Assembly (NCBI GenBank): GCA_054661495.1
Contig: BAAFSQ010000004.1
Location: forward strand, 60,001 to 92,000
Reading direction: 5' to 3'
Source: Zygophlyctis sp. KS116
Taxonomy: Eukaryota > Fungi > Chytridiomycota
DNA: 32,000 nt
The notes beneath the pieces are model-generated. The model saw only the letters and a program-made list of their open reading frames with translations, did no database searches and was not told the DNA's origin. Positions 1-10,121 of the stretch are shown here, in pieces; positions within the stretch are counted from its first letter, which is position 1, and each line of letters opens with the position of its first letter. The position numbers were made by a program, and so were the translations under genes.

Positions 1-284
1 TGAGAAATATGTTTAGATCTATTATAAGACGCATTTTCCAAATATATGATTCTTGTCCTTAATTTCTCTAATCTCCTTTGCATTATTTCTTGCTCTTGAG
101 GCTCTACTTCTACTATTACGCTCTCAAGTACTGATAACTTATTAATAAGTGAGTTTTGTTCAAGTTTTTCTTTAGATTGCAACTAAGATAAGCGGTTTGA
201 CAATACCTTTCTATTTATAATTGACTTGGGATAAGACAAATGGCCATCATCGGCATCCTTGATATTGGGACTAGAGTTGCTCAT
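1..284 (-). CDS. Hypothetical coiled-coil protein, 3' end outside window (not in ORF track)
   Basis: ATG at 284. One 24-nt intron 183-206 (GTATTG...CTTAG) joins MSNSSPNIKDADDGHLSYPKSIINRK to LQSKEKLEQNSLINKLSVLES..., and the frame stays open to the window edge. Confidence 0.6.
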
Positions 285-416
285 TCCCTTTTTGTTTTAG
301 TTGCACGTCATCCCATTGTTCTCGTCATATTAAAGATGAGTTATGCAAATCTTGATTGTTAAGAATCTATTAATAATGTTTAAACAATTGATAGTAAATT
401 TATAATCTTTAGACAA

Positions 417-1157
417 TCAAGATTCCCCAATTTTTCCAAAAACATTACAACTGAGTGAAAACCCCAACAATAAGACCAATATTACACACAGAATTGCCAA
501 AGCTCTTATCATCCGCTGTACAACAGCACCTTTAGGAATATCTTTAAGATCTATTTCGTCACTAACCTCTACAATATGATTAGAACCTTTAAGAAGCAAT
601 AATTTTTGTTCTAAATCATGCAGCCTTTTAGCATTAGTTCCATTTAAACTTTCCAAAATTTGAATAGAATCTTTTGTTTGACGAACTTGAAGTATTACAT
701 TTTCATAATTATCATATTCTTTCTGTGCATTTACCAAAAAACTTGATAATGTTTCTATTGTTGTATCAAGAATTTTAATTTCAGCATTAATACTTTTAAC
801 TTCTTCTGATCTTCTACCCGATAATTCCTGAGTAAGAAAATATCTTTTTTTCTCTGCTTGTGCTAAACATGTCTTAATTTCCTCCAAAGAAGCTCCTAAA
901 TTCTGCCTTATAACTAATGACAGTAAAGTATTTGTGAGTAATTGAGAAGTACTATTTTCTGGAGCTGAGTCCATCAGTTCTGCAAGAGATTCTGAGACTT
1001 TAAGGTACAGTCCTTCTGATGTCAGATCACTATCCTTTTCTATATCCGGTGAAAAACTCTGAATTGCATCAGTTATTGGTCTCTGGTCTGCTTGATCTGC
1101 AGTCTCTTTATCAATTTCAATAGCAGTCTCTTTAATATTATCTGTTACACTTGGCAT
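417..1157 (-). CDS. Hypothetical coiled-coil protein with C-terminal transmembrane anchor
   Basis: 246-aa ORF, heptad-like central region, hydrophobic ALAILCVILVLLLGFSL near the C-terminus. Confidence 0.7.
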   Translation of the reverse strand: MPSVTDNIKETAIEIDKETADQADQRPITDAIQSFSPDIEKDSDLTSEGLYLKVSESLAELMDSAPENSTSQLLTNTLLSLVIRQNLGASLEEIKTCLAQAEKKRYFLTQELSGRRSEEVKSINAEIKILDTTIETLSSFLVNAQKEYDNYENVILQVRQTKDSIQILESLNGTNAKRLHDLEQKLLLLKGSNHIVEVSDEIDLKDIPKGAVVQRMIRALAILCVILVLLLGFSLSCNVFGKIGES

Positions 1158-1357
1158 TTCAGTGGTATTTTAAGAAAGGACGGCGGGACAGCGGCAACGT
1201 CATTGCCAATTTTAACGCAAACAGAGAATTTTCGGACAAAAGTCCTTTTAGACCCCTTTGATGCCTGAAACCCCCTACAGATCCTTTATAGATCCCTTTG
1301 GACCCCAGAATCCCAACGGTTGAAAAATAGAATAGACGGTTTTCGGATAATTTCAAA

Positions 1358-2308
1358 ATGATCAAGATAATGTTGATGTTGATAATAGCTTTCGGTTTGA
1401 CTGATTGTCTGAGAGTAGAAAAGGCAATAGATCAAATCTCTGGATCAGTTCTAAAAGCAATCAAATATTTGCCTTTTCGGACTGACATTGGCCTAAAGTT
1501 TCACAAGATTGCACCAAAAATAATAGAACTACACTATTATGATTACTTGAACTTGGAAAAGCCTACAAAGAATGATTTACTTGATGCAATCTATAAAACA
1601 ACTTTGGACTTACAGTTGGGCTTATTAAGAAATAGAATGGAAAAAAGAGATACAGCCATGAAAGGATCCGATTTAATTGCTCATGATCTTGATGGGAGAA
1701 GAGAATATCTGCTAAAGACTAACCAAGATTATCAGAGTTTATATGAAAAAGAACAGTTCTTGCAAGAGAAAGCATTGGATCAGCAAGCAATGGATTTTGA
1801 CAATTTTCTAGATTCTTTGGAAAATGATGAGCCAATGGATAACAAACCATTGTTGGATTTCACAATGGAAATCATGGATACTCAATTAGAAAAAGACTCT
1901 TTAGAAAGTTCTATTCTAGATAATGACCAAGAATTGAAAGATTTACATCAGGAATTAGTCAATATTGAGCCTGATCATAAATATCTGAAACTGGAAAAAT
2001 ACAATCAATTGGAGAAACTAATGCGTCAAATTTACTCTGCACAGATGATTGTTGGAGCAGTGTATCTAAGAATTGGTGTTTCAAAGAAGACTCTTGGACA
2101 TTTACAAGATATATCTCAGAAAATGGATTCAATGATTTCAAGTAATGCACTATATCAAACTAGAGAGAAATCCCCAGTTGCTAAAGAATTTCATGATATT
2201 CTTAAAAACTCTCCTAATCCATCCTCTATAAAACTACTACTAACAATCACAATGCTAATTGGAATTTCAGTTCCTCCAGTTCTTTTTTCAATGTTTTCTA
2301 AATCCTAA
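1358..2308 (+). CDS. Hypothetical secreted/membrane coiled-coil protein (signal peptide plus C-terminal hydrophobic anchor)
   Basis: 316-aa ORF; N-terminal MIKIMLMLIIAFGLTDC; C-terminal LLLTITMLIGISVPPVLFSMF. Confidence 0.7.
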   Translation: MIKIMLMLIIAFGLTDCLRVEKAIDQISGSVLKAIKYLPFRTDIGLKFHKIAPKIIELHYYDYLNLEKPTKNDLLDAIYKTTLDLQLGLLRNRMEKRDTAMKGSDLIAHDLDGRREYLLKTNQDYQSLYEKEQFLQEKALDQQAMDFDNFLDSLENDEPMDNKPLLDFTMEIMDTQLEKDSLESSILDNDQELKDLHQELVNIEPDHKYLKLEKYNQLEKLMRQIYSAQMIVGAVYLRIGVSKKTLGHLQDISQKMDSMISSNALYQTREKSPVAKEFHDILKNSPNPSSIKLLLTITMLIGISVPPVLFSMFSKS

Positions 2309-2317
2309 AAAATAGAA

Positions 2318-3085
2318 TTAATCTTTTTTAAATTTCCATGCAAGTATCCATCTTTTAGTCTTTCCCAAATGGAAAAAACAAGTTTTAATGAGTGCACCTT
2401 GACTTTCTAAATATTGAATCATTCTTGTATAATTTTGTTTTTTACCAAATAGACTAGAGTACCAAATTCCACCTCTTTTTTGAGATTTTTCAATAATTTG
2501 TAAAACAAAATTGAATTCACCACCTTTAGTCACCATTTCATGCGTATATCCCGGAGTATAGTTTTTAGATTTACTTTTAAGAGAATTTCCTCTACTCCAT
2601 TCTTCTTCTGAACCATAAAAAGGAGGATTAGTCATTACAAAATCCAATTTATCCAATAACCCATTTGGAAAGTAATCTGATGTATGAATTATAGAAATTT
2701 TCTCATTCATCTGATTTCTTTCAACATTTAAACAAGCAAATTCAAAACTATCTTTATCAGATTCTGTTCCAATCCAATTCCAACCTGGAAATAATTTAGT
2801 CCCTAAAAGAGGATATATAGCGGTACAACCAGTTCCAATATCTAAACCAGTTACATGATCGCCCAAATCCAATTCCTTTTTTAACCATTTCAGATAGTAA
2901 ATCCTATTGGGAATAATTGGAGTCAAAGACTTTAGAGGAAATGTTAAAATTAAAGAATATTGAGTCCAGGCCATAGCACAAGTTAATTCTCTTTGAGCCT
3001 CTGGTAATGATAAATCTATTCTATCCTTTATAATATATTTACAGAGTCTTGGCCAATGCAGAGCCAAGTTTTGTAGATCAAACAT
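2318..3085 (-). CDS. METTL16: RNA N6-adenosine methyltransferase, METTL16/RlmF family
   Basis: LDIGTGCTAIYPLLG SAM-binding motif, NPPFY catalytic motif, GGEFNFV and C-terminal GKTKRWILAWKF; first ATG at 3085. Confidence 0.9.
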   Translation of the reverse strand: MFDLQNLALHWPRLCKYIIKDRIDLSLPEAQRELTCAMAWTQYSLILTFPLKSLTPIIPNRIYYLKWLKKELDLGDHVTGLDIGTGCTAIYPLLGTKLFPGWNWIGTESDKDSFEFACLNVERNQMNEKISIIHTSDYFPNGLLDKLDFVMTNPPFYGSEEEWSRGNSLKSKSKNYTPGYTHEMVTKGGEFNFVLQIIEKSQKRGGIWYSSLFGKKQNYTRMIQYLESQGALIKTCFFHLGKTKRWILAWKFKKD

Positions 3086-3155
3086 CAAAGGGAATAAATC
3101 TGCTACAGTCCCTCACTACCAGACTAGTCCCAACACACAAAAAATAAACTAGAAA

Positions 3156-3797
3156 ATGTCAAACGGAATAGAACTAAAGGCAATCATAGACTCTAGAATC
3201 CAACAACTCAAACAAGACATTGGAAATTCCAAAACTCCCTTTCAATCAACTAGTAAATTAAAAATAAGAGCCAAAGAACAGAAAATACAAACTCCAACTG
3301 TTGAAACTTTTGATCTAGAATCTAGTTGGGTAGCTCTCTCTAGAAAATCTAAATTATATAATGAATATTCTCAAGATGCGGATTTTGATGAGTCTGAAGA
3401 CTGTTTAGTAGATTTTACTAAAAAGGAAATTTCAAAAACTAGAAATATTACAGATCAGGAATCTCTGGATCCATGGGTAGAAATTGTAGATGAATTTGGA
3501 AGAAATAGACTTGTTAGATCTTCTACTCTAGGAAAACCTGTAGAATCTCTGGAAAAATCAAATTTAGAAACTCATTATGATCCAACAAGAGAAATTAGGA
3601 ATTTAGGAACTTCTCATTATAAATTCTCTAGTCAAGAATCTAAAAGACAATTAGAATTACAAGAATTAAATAATTTAAGAGCTCAAACTGCGACTGAACA
3701 ACAGAATTTAGCAAATGTAAAATTAGAAAAAACAAGAGCTCTACAAGATCGAAGATTAAGAATTTCTGCTCTCAAAAAATCTAAAAATAAAAAGTAA
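3156..3797 (+). CDS. CCDC174/DUF4078-like coiled-coil protein
   Basis: Motifs LSRKSKLY, WVEIVDEFGRNRLVR and HYDPTREIRNLGTSHYKFS resemble the family as I recall it. Confidence 0.7.
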   Translation: MSNGIELKAIIDSRIQQLKQDIGNSKTPFQSTSKLKIRAKEQKIQTPTVETFDLESSWVALSRKSKLYNEYSQDADFDESEDCLVDFTKKEISKTRNITDQESLDPWVEIVDEFGRNRLVRSSTLGKPVESLEKSNLETHYDPTREIRNLGTSHYKFSSQESKRQLELQELNNLRAQTATEQQNLANVKLEKTRALQDRRLRISALKKSKNKK

Positions 3798-3800
3798 AAA

Positions 3801-5475
3801 ATGAAGTTGAAAGATATAGATGTAGATGAGGTAGAAATTGGATCTGGTTCTTTTGCTAAAGTTTACAAGGGAAAACGAAATGGATCTTTAGTTGCTATTA
3901 AAGTTGTCAAGAAACAACAACTTAATTCTAAAATATTAGAAGCGCTAGAGTCTGAAATTAAAATTCAATCTTCAATAATTCATAGTCATTTAGTACATTT
4001 ACAAGAAATTATTAGAGATTCAGACTTTATTTACTTGGTCATGGAATATTGTGATTTGGGAGATTTGTCTGGATATATAAAAGTTAATTTTCCACTAAAA
4101 GAGGATTTAGTTTTAAATTTTATAAGTCAATTAAGTATGGGAATGGTATTTTATTTTTAGAATTACTGAAAATTAGGAATTTCTTCGACTAAATTCATTA
4201 ATACATCGTGATATAAAACCACAAAATATTCTACTCTCTTCAATTTCAGAGAGAGAAATGCCTTGTTTGAAAATAGGAGATTTTGGGTTTGCTAGAGCAT
4301 TACCAATCTCTGGTATGGCAGATACATTATGTGGTTCACCATTATATATGGCTCCGGAAATATTAAAAGGAGAAAAATATGATGGAAAATCAGATTTATG
4401 GTCTTTAGGAACAGTTTTTTATGAAATGGTGACTTCTAAACCTCCTTTTAGAGCTAATAATCATATAGAATTATTAAGGAAAATAGAAGAAAGAGATGGT
4501 CCTAAATGGAATAATGTGGAGATAAAAGACTCGCTAAAAGATTTAATTTCTAGACTCTTGAAAAAAAATCCTTTGGAAAGAATGTCTTTTGAAGAATTTT
4601 TTTTGCATCCTTGTGTTATAGGAGATTCTCAATCAATAGTCTCTCCTTTAAAACTAAAGGAATCACCTATAATAGAGTCTAGAACTGAATCACCTATAAT
4701 AGAGTCTAGAACTGAATCACCTCTAAAAGAGTCTAAATTGGAATCTCAGCATGAAATTGTACAAACTGATTCACCTTTTCCTGGATACGGTGTAGATTCA
4801 AAAATATTCGAGTCTTTAAAAACACAAGAAAAAGAAAAATATGATTTTGTTCATATTAAACCTATATCTGCATCTGTTAAATGGATTCAAGAGTCTCAAA
4901 AAGTATCTTCTTCTCTAATAATAACTTGTCCCTGGAAGACTGAAAACACAATGAATGTCTTAAATTTATCACAGTCTGATGAAGGAATGATTCTTGTTTT
5001 TGCATTACGAGTTTCATGTCTGGAAACTCTACTTTTTTCTGAATTTATACCTTCAGCAGACTCTCCTTATGAATGGTCAATTGTATTAGATTTATGTTTA
5101 TTGTGCTTGGATTTGTATCAAACTTGTTTAGATTATTGCCGCTCTTATTTTAGATCTCATAGGTCATTTAGCAGAGACTTGAAGGAACTCTGTTCTTGGG
5201 TTGTTTCGCGAACTGGACCTTTGATTACAGAATCTGAACTTGCTTCAAGTTTAATTCCAGATGATGTTGATTGGGATCCTCCATTAATTCTAAACTTGGT
5301 TTTGGATAAAATTTCATCATCACTGGAAAGTAATCCACCCCCATCGTCGATATTGATTCTAAGTTGCTTGGTTAATTTAGTATTGGCTGATAATTACTCT
5401 CAGTCTATTGCATCACGTCATTCATCAGAATTTATGAATAGTCTATCTAAGCGGTTAAATGAATTGATGACGTGA
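3801..5475 (+). CDS. ATG1: Atg1/ULK serine-threonine kinase (~547 aa)
   Basis: [47 protein letters not shown] and [13 protein letters not shown] 31-nt intron 4146-4176 joins the two ORFs in frame (QLSMGM|[12 protein letters not shown]). Confidence 0.92.
4660..4740 (+). repeat. 27-bp coding tandem repeat in the Atg1 linker (ESPIIESRT x2 plus a degenerate third copy)
   Basis: GAATCACCTATAATAGAGTCTAGAACT at 4660-4686 and 4687-4713; diverged copy at 4714-4740. Confidence 0.9.
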
Positions 5476-5513
5476 GTTAATAAAAATTCCGCTTGCGCTT
5501 AATATAAGAGTTG

Positions 5514-8396
5514 ATGGATAGAGAGGCAAAGCTTGCATTAGCAAAGAAAAAGGTAAAAACAATTTATTAAACTTGAGCTGCTAGAATTTCAGTCAAAGAA
5601 GTCGTCTATTCAACCATCTGAAAGCGTTGGGAACTTGGTCGATTTGTACAATGAATCTACGCACATAGAGTCTATACCAGTCAAGGAACAAACAGCAGAA
5701 GAGGCATGGATAGATAAATGGGTCAAAAAAGTCAACTCATTAAAGGAAAAGGCTGCAACATCTGCGTCGCTAAAGCCTGTACTTACGGCTCTAGGAGTTT
5801 CAACAAATATTGTTGATGTATTGGAATTCAGTAATACTGAAGTTTTACAAGTGTCTCCTGCAAAGCTGGATGATATTCAACTTCCCGTGATTCCAGAGGT
5901 GGAATTCAAAAATGATCCACAAGAGTATCAAAATGCGCTATTAAATAAGATTAAGATTTTGACGGAATCACTGGAAAAATTACAAAAGACTTATTTAGAA
6001 GAAACTTCAAAGAGGAAGATTATGGAAAATTCTGTTGCTCAAATAACGTTATCTATAGTCACTGGTTTAGAAAAGGAGGAAAAGGTAATATTGAAACCTG
6101 GGATTGAAATATGCAGATAATGCATTTTCATCATATGAAGAATCATTAATAAATAGGAAAAGACAAGGTTCAAAAAGTTGCTAGATGAGAGTCAAGCAGA
6201 GAAAAATAAGCTCAAGTCTCAATTACAGGATTTGATAAAGAAAAATCAGGAATTAACAGAGGAAATTTATTTAAAACAAACTCAAATACCAAATGAGCGA
6301 AAGAAATCGGAGCTAGAGTTGGAATTACAAAAAGTAAATCAAGATCTTTTTGCGGCTCAAAAAACTTGCCAAGGACTTCAGCATACATTGGAAGTTAAAC
6401 AATCAGAATGGATAAGGAAATCAAAAGATATGGAAGATGCGGCTAGATCTACAGAAATGGAAAAGGCGTCCTTGGCAGTTTTAAAGTCACAGATTGAAAA
6501 TATGAAATTTACTGCAGAAGATGAATTAAAAAAGGCGTTGGATTTAAAGGCAGAAGTGGAAGAGTTGCAAAATCAGCTAAATTCTGAGAAGAAGGAATTA
6601 CAAGATAAAACGGAATATTTGGGAGATGCTCAGCGTATTCTGGATCACAGGGTTGAAAAAATGGACCAGATGTCTCAAGCTAAAGATACATCTTTTCATA
6701 ATCAACTTCAGCAACAAAAGGAAGCTTTAGAAAGTTTACAAACGAATCTTGAAGTTGAAAAAGAGCAACTTTTGAAGGATCGTACTGAATTGCTGGAAAA
6801 GGAAAAACGGTTTATTGAATTAGAAAAAAAAGAGAATTCTATCTCAAAAAAAGGCACATATTTAATTTCCAAAGAAACGGAACTTGCCGAAAAGGAATCA
6901 GGAATTCAAAAGAGGGAGAAATTGGTTGCAGAAAAGGAGGCCTTAGTTTTAAATCAAATTCAGAAAAATGAAGCCAATAAGGGAAATGCAACCAGTAAGC
7001 TTTTAGAAGAAGAATATAAGCTACGTCAGGAGGAGCTCTCGAAGTCTATAAGATCGTTTAATGAATTCAAGGAGCAGTTGGAAGCTTCTTATCAGGAGCG
7101 TGAAGGAAAATTCAATCAAAAAATCCAAAATCTTGAAAATGAAAAGAAAGAAGCTATAAAAAAATTATCTGAAGAAAAGAATGTTTTAGAAAGTAAAATC
7201 AAAAAGCTTGAAGAACAGATAATATTCTCAACCAAAAAAACAAATCAGAAAGTTGGGAAGATTTCCAAAGATGTTAAACCCGAAGATAGTCCAATCTCTG
7301 AAATTGACGAGCGAGTGGCTTTAGAGCAGGAAAAGTCCATTATTTCTGAAATAAAAACAAAAACTGAACAGGAGTCAGAATTTGTGAAGACAGAAAAGGC
7401 TCGAATTCTAGAAGAAGCGAATCAATTAGAAAAAGAATGGATGTCAGTTCGGTTAAAAGAAGCTGAGATCACCAAAGCCATGGCAGATATTTCAGTCGCA
7501 GCGGCACAGCAAGCTGTTGGATCATCTATCTCGACAGCTGAAACATTGATAAGTCGTGATCAGATACGCGAACTAGAATTTGAAAATCGAGAATTAATTA
7601 AGGAAAACGAACAACTTAGAATAAAGATTTCAGGAAAAGATATTGGGGTAGGGATCTCTAATGCAACTAAAAAGGTGAGTTCTAAAACCCCTAAATTTAG
7701 AATGAACATTTGGTCGTTTCTCCCCTTTTTAAAACCTCGTCTCTCGGAGGAAATGATAAATTAGTCAGTCCTGTGCTTCCGGAAGTCTCTCCTGATCTCA
7801 GTAAAGTTATTTTTAATCTCACACAGTAATTATTGTTATACTGATTAAATTCTAGATCTAATCAAGACCTTAAAAACCGGATTGAACACCTTGTCAAAAC
7901 TTTCGAGAGGAAGAATGCATCTACACCTTCTAATTTTCTGGGTATCGTTGATGAAGACTATGGGTTAAATCGGCCATTATCTCGCATAAATGATCGTAAA
8001 TCTCGAAAGCCGATTGCTGATCCACGAATGATACAATCTGCATTCGGGAATCCTATTGCGATTACATTTTCAGGGAGCCCAGATATGCACATATATTCAA
8101 ATTCAATTCCTCGGCAAATTCCTTCTTTAAAAAGTACGCCGGTCAGGCCGGCATCGGCGGATCTAAGGAGACCAGAAACCAGTCAAAGCAATTATTCAGT
8201 TCCAGCAGAACGGGTAGATATTGTTAAAGTGCTAGATGCCCAAGTCTCTTCTAAAATGAAAGAAATTGAAGAAATGTTGGAAGAAAAGTCGTCACCTAAA
8301 AAAGCGATAAGCAACATAAGTGATACTGAAAAAGAAAGAATCAGGTCATTAGTCAAGCAAAGAATTATGGAAAAGAAAAAGGTTGCAAATTCCTAA
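5514..8396 (+). CDS. Large coiled-coil protein (~909 aa) with a GM130/golgin-like basic N-terminus
   Basis: Introns 5553-5577 (25 nt, GAG acceptor), 6085-6156 (72 nt), 7675-7700 (26 nt) and 7826-7855 (30 nt) join three ORFs in frame; N-terminus MDREAKLALAKKK|LLEFQSKK. Confidence 0.65.
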
Positions 8397-8397
8397 A

Positions 8398-9745
8398 TCA
8401 AAAAAGTATAACTAATAAAAATAGTCCAAATAAAAGCGCTCCTGGACGACCAGTCGACTGACTATTTTTTGATCCACCTTGTGCTCCATCTGGAGCTGGC
8501 AATGGGACTCCATCCACTTTAACCTGAGCAATTAAAGACATAGCATTCCCCAGAAAAAGTGCATTGATTTGGTTATGTACGTCTTTTGGAAAAATTGCAG
8601 TATCTGGAAGCCAGAAATTACTGCAAGACCACATACTATCACATGTTTTTGCCATACCATTTATAGAAGTTTCTATCCAAGTTTTTATGGTCTTCTTGAT
8701 AGATTCATCATTTGAAAATTCGTAAAGATATCCCAAACTAAATATCGCCACTCCTTTAAATTGTGCTTGATTCAGTCTACAACTTCCATCAAGTTCACAG
8801 GGATCAATTATGGTGTTGTTTCTAGTAAAAACCGACTGGAAATTATTAAAAACTGTTTTCGCATCCGAAATATACTTTGGATTATTGGTAGCTTTATAGA
8901 GCAATGCAGCACCACCCAAAAACAATCCAGCATTGTAGCTGTGCTCAGTTTTAACTATTTGAACACAATTAGTAGCATAAGTTCCATCGTATACATTCCC
9001 TACTGAAGTTACCAATCCAGAAGGACCCATTAACCAATCATAAATCTGAATTGACTGATCCAAATAAGATTTTTGATTATTTAAAAAGTAAAGACTAACT
9101 CCTAGAATGATTTGCTCTACATTTGTAATAGTAGATTTGTAGAGCGCTTTATTTGCTTGAGGATCATTTCTATTTCTAGCCCAATATATGCCTCCACTAC
9201 ATTCATTGTCCCATTGAGCAAAGACTTGATCAAATGTATTTGATGCAATTTTCAAGAATGTTGAACCACTTGGAGTTTTGGCTCCTGATCCACCAACTTC
9301 AGCACCAAGAACGGCAGCAATACCCCACCAGGCTATATCATCATTCCATTTCCCAATCGAAGCGCTAAAAACTGCTAGAGAAGGATCACCTAAAAACGAT
9401 GCTGAACTCCCAAAAGACGCATTTCCCAATGCTCCACCAATTGTTTGATAGTAAGTTCCATCGCCTGTTATTTTAGTATACTGCATCATTGATATCCCTA
9501 ATCATCAAAATCAGTAAAATACAATAAAATCCCATTTCAAACCATTGAAATCCATCTTGTCCTTCACTAGTCTTTTCAGGAATTGTTCCCAAGACTGAAG
9601 GTTTGTAGTAAGCCATCAAGTTTGCAGCGATTCCCTTTTCTGCAACTGCAATTGAATTCACATCATTAACATTGATCGTTGACCCTTGAGAAAGAACCAG
9701 AGACAATAAGCTACAGACTATCACAATCTCCCTTGTGCAAAACAT
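8398..9745 (-). CDS. Glycoside hydrolase family 76 (Dcw1/Dfg5-like alpha-1,6-mannanase), probably GPI-anchored (~440 aa)
   Basis: Signal peptide, WNDDIAWW catalytic DD, CSGGIYW, YKSTITN, VYDG, SYNAG, FKG and a C-terminal hydrophobic tail; 25-nt intron 9498-9522. Confidence 0.9.
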
Positions 9746-9926
9746 TTCCTAGGGCGACGATCACAGAGGCTGAATAAGATCGGTGCAAATCAGCCACAGT
9801 AACCAACACGGCCCCCTGAATGCCCTTCTTTCCCCTGAATAGCAAAGTCTTCCAATTCTCAAAAACATCAAGTTAAATAATCAAAAGATAAAAATTGTAT
9901 TAAATATTATAAATAAAATTATTAGT

Positions 9927-10076
9927 AGAGTTTCAGAAGTTCCAAGGTACATTTTAATGTAACAAGGTGGTTTGGGGGCATGCACTTATTATCATGAGCC
10001 CATCAATCTGTCAAAAGACAGAGAGAACTCTCTCATATTACAACCTCATCATCAACTCTTAAAATTGGTTGGATAA
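9927..10076 (-). ncRNA. Box C/D snoRNA, U13/snR45-like (18S rRNA helix-45 acetylation guide)
   Basis: Minus strand reads AGAGTT-G-ATGATGA (box C, 10052-10046) ... CTGA (box D, 9936-9933)-AACTCT, a perfect 6-bp terminal stem with k-turn spacing. ACCTTGTTAC (9968-9959) is complementary to the conserved 18S GTAACAAGGT. There is a 5' extension ATCCAACC and internal hairpins GAGAG-AGTT-CTCTC and CTGTC-TTTT-GACAG. Confidence 0.82.
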
Positions 10077-10100
10077 ACTAAACCCTAGTAAAAAAAACTT

Positions 10101-10107
10101 TTTTATA
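10101..10107 (-). promoter_or_regulatory. TATA box upstream of the snoRNA
   Basis: TATAAAA on the minus strand about 27-30 nt upstream of the ATCCAACC 5' element and about 15 nt downstream of the FAHD1 stop. Confidence 0.5.
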
Positions 10108-10121
10108 CTAAAGTGGCGCAG

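Noticed and set aside
3794-3819. 26-nt GT...AG spanning the CCDC174 stop and ATG1 start, suggesting a spliced fusion
   Set aside because: Splicing leads to TGT AGA TGA out of the ATG1 frame; none of the nearby AGs (3806, 3813, 3825, 3830, 3834) gives an in-frame fusion.
9974-9983. GCATGCCCCC in the snoRNA, complementary to a fungal 5.8S 3' segment
   Set aside because: It can pair internally with GGGCTCATG, is not placed before a D/D' box, and the host 5.8S sequence is unknown.
10078-10087. CTAAACCCTA resembling a telomerase RNA template or telomeric repeat
   Set aside because: A single short match in AT-rich DNA between the snoRNA TATA box and its start; the region is better explained by the opposite-strand snoRNA.
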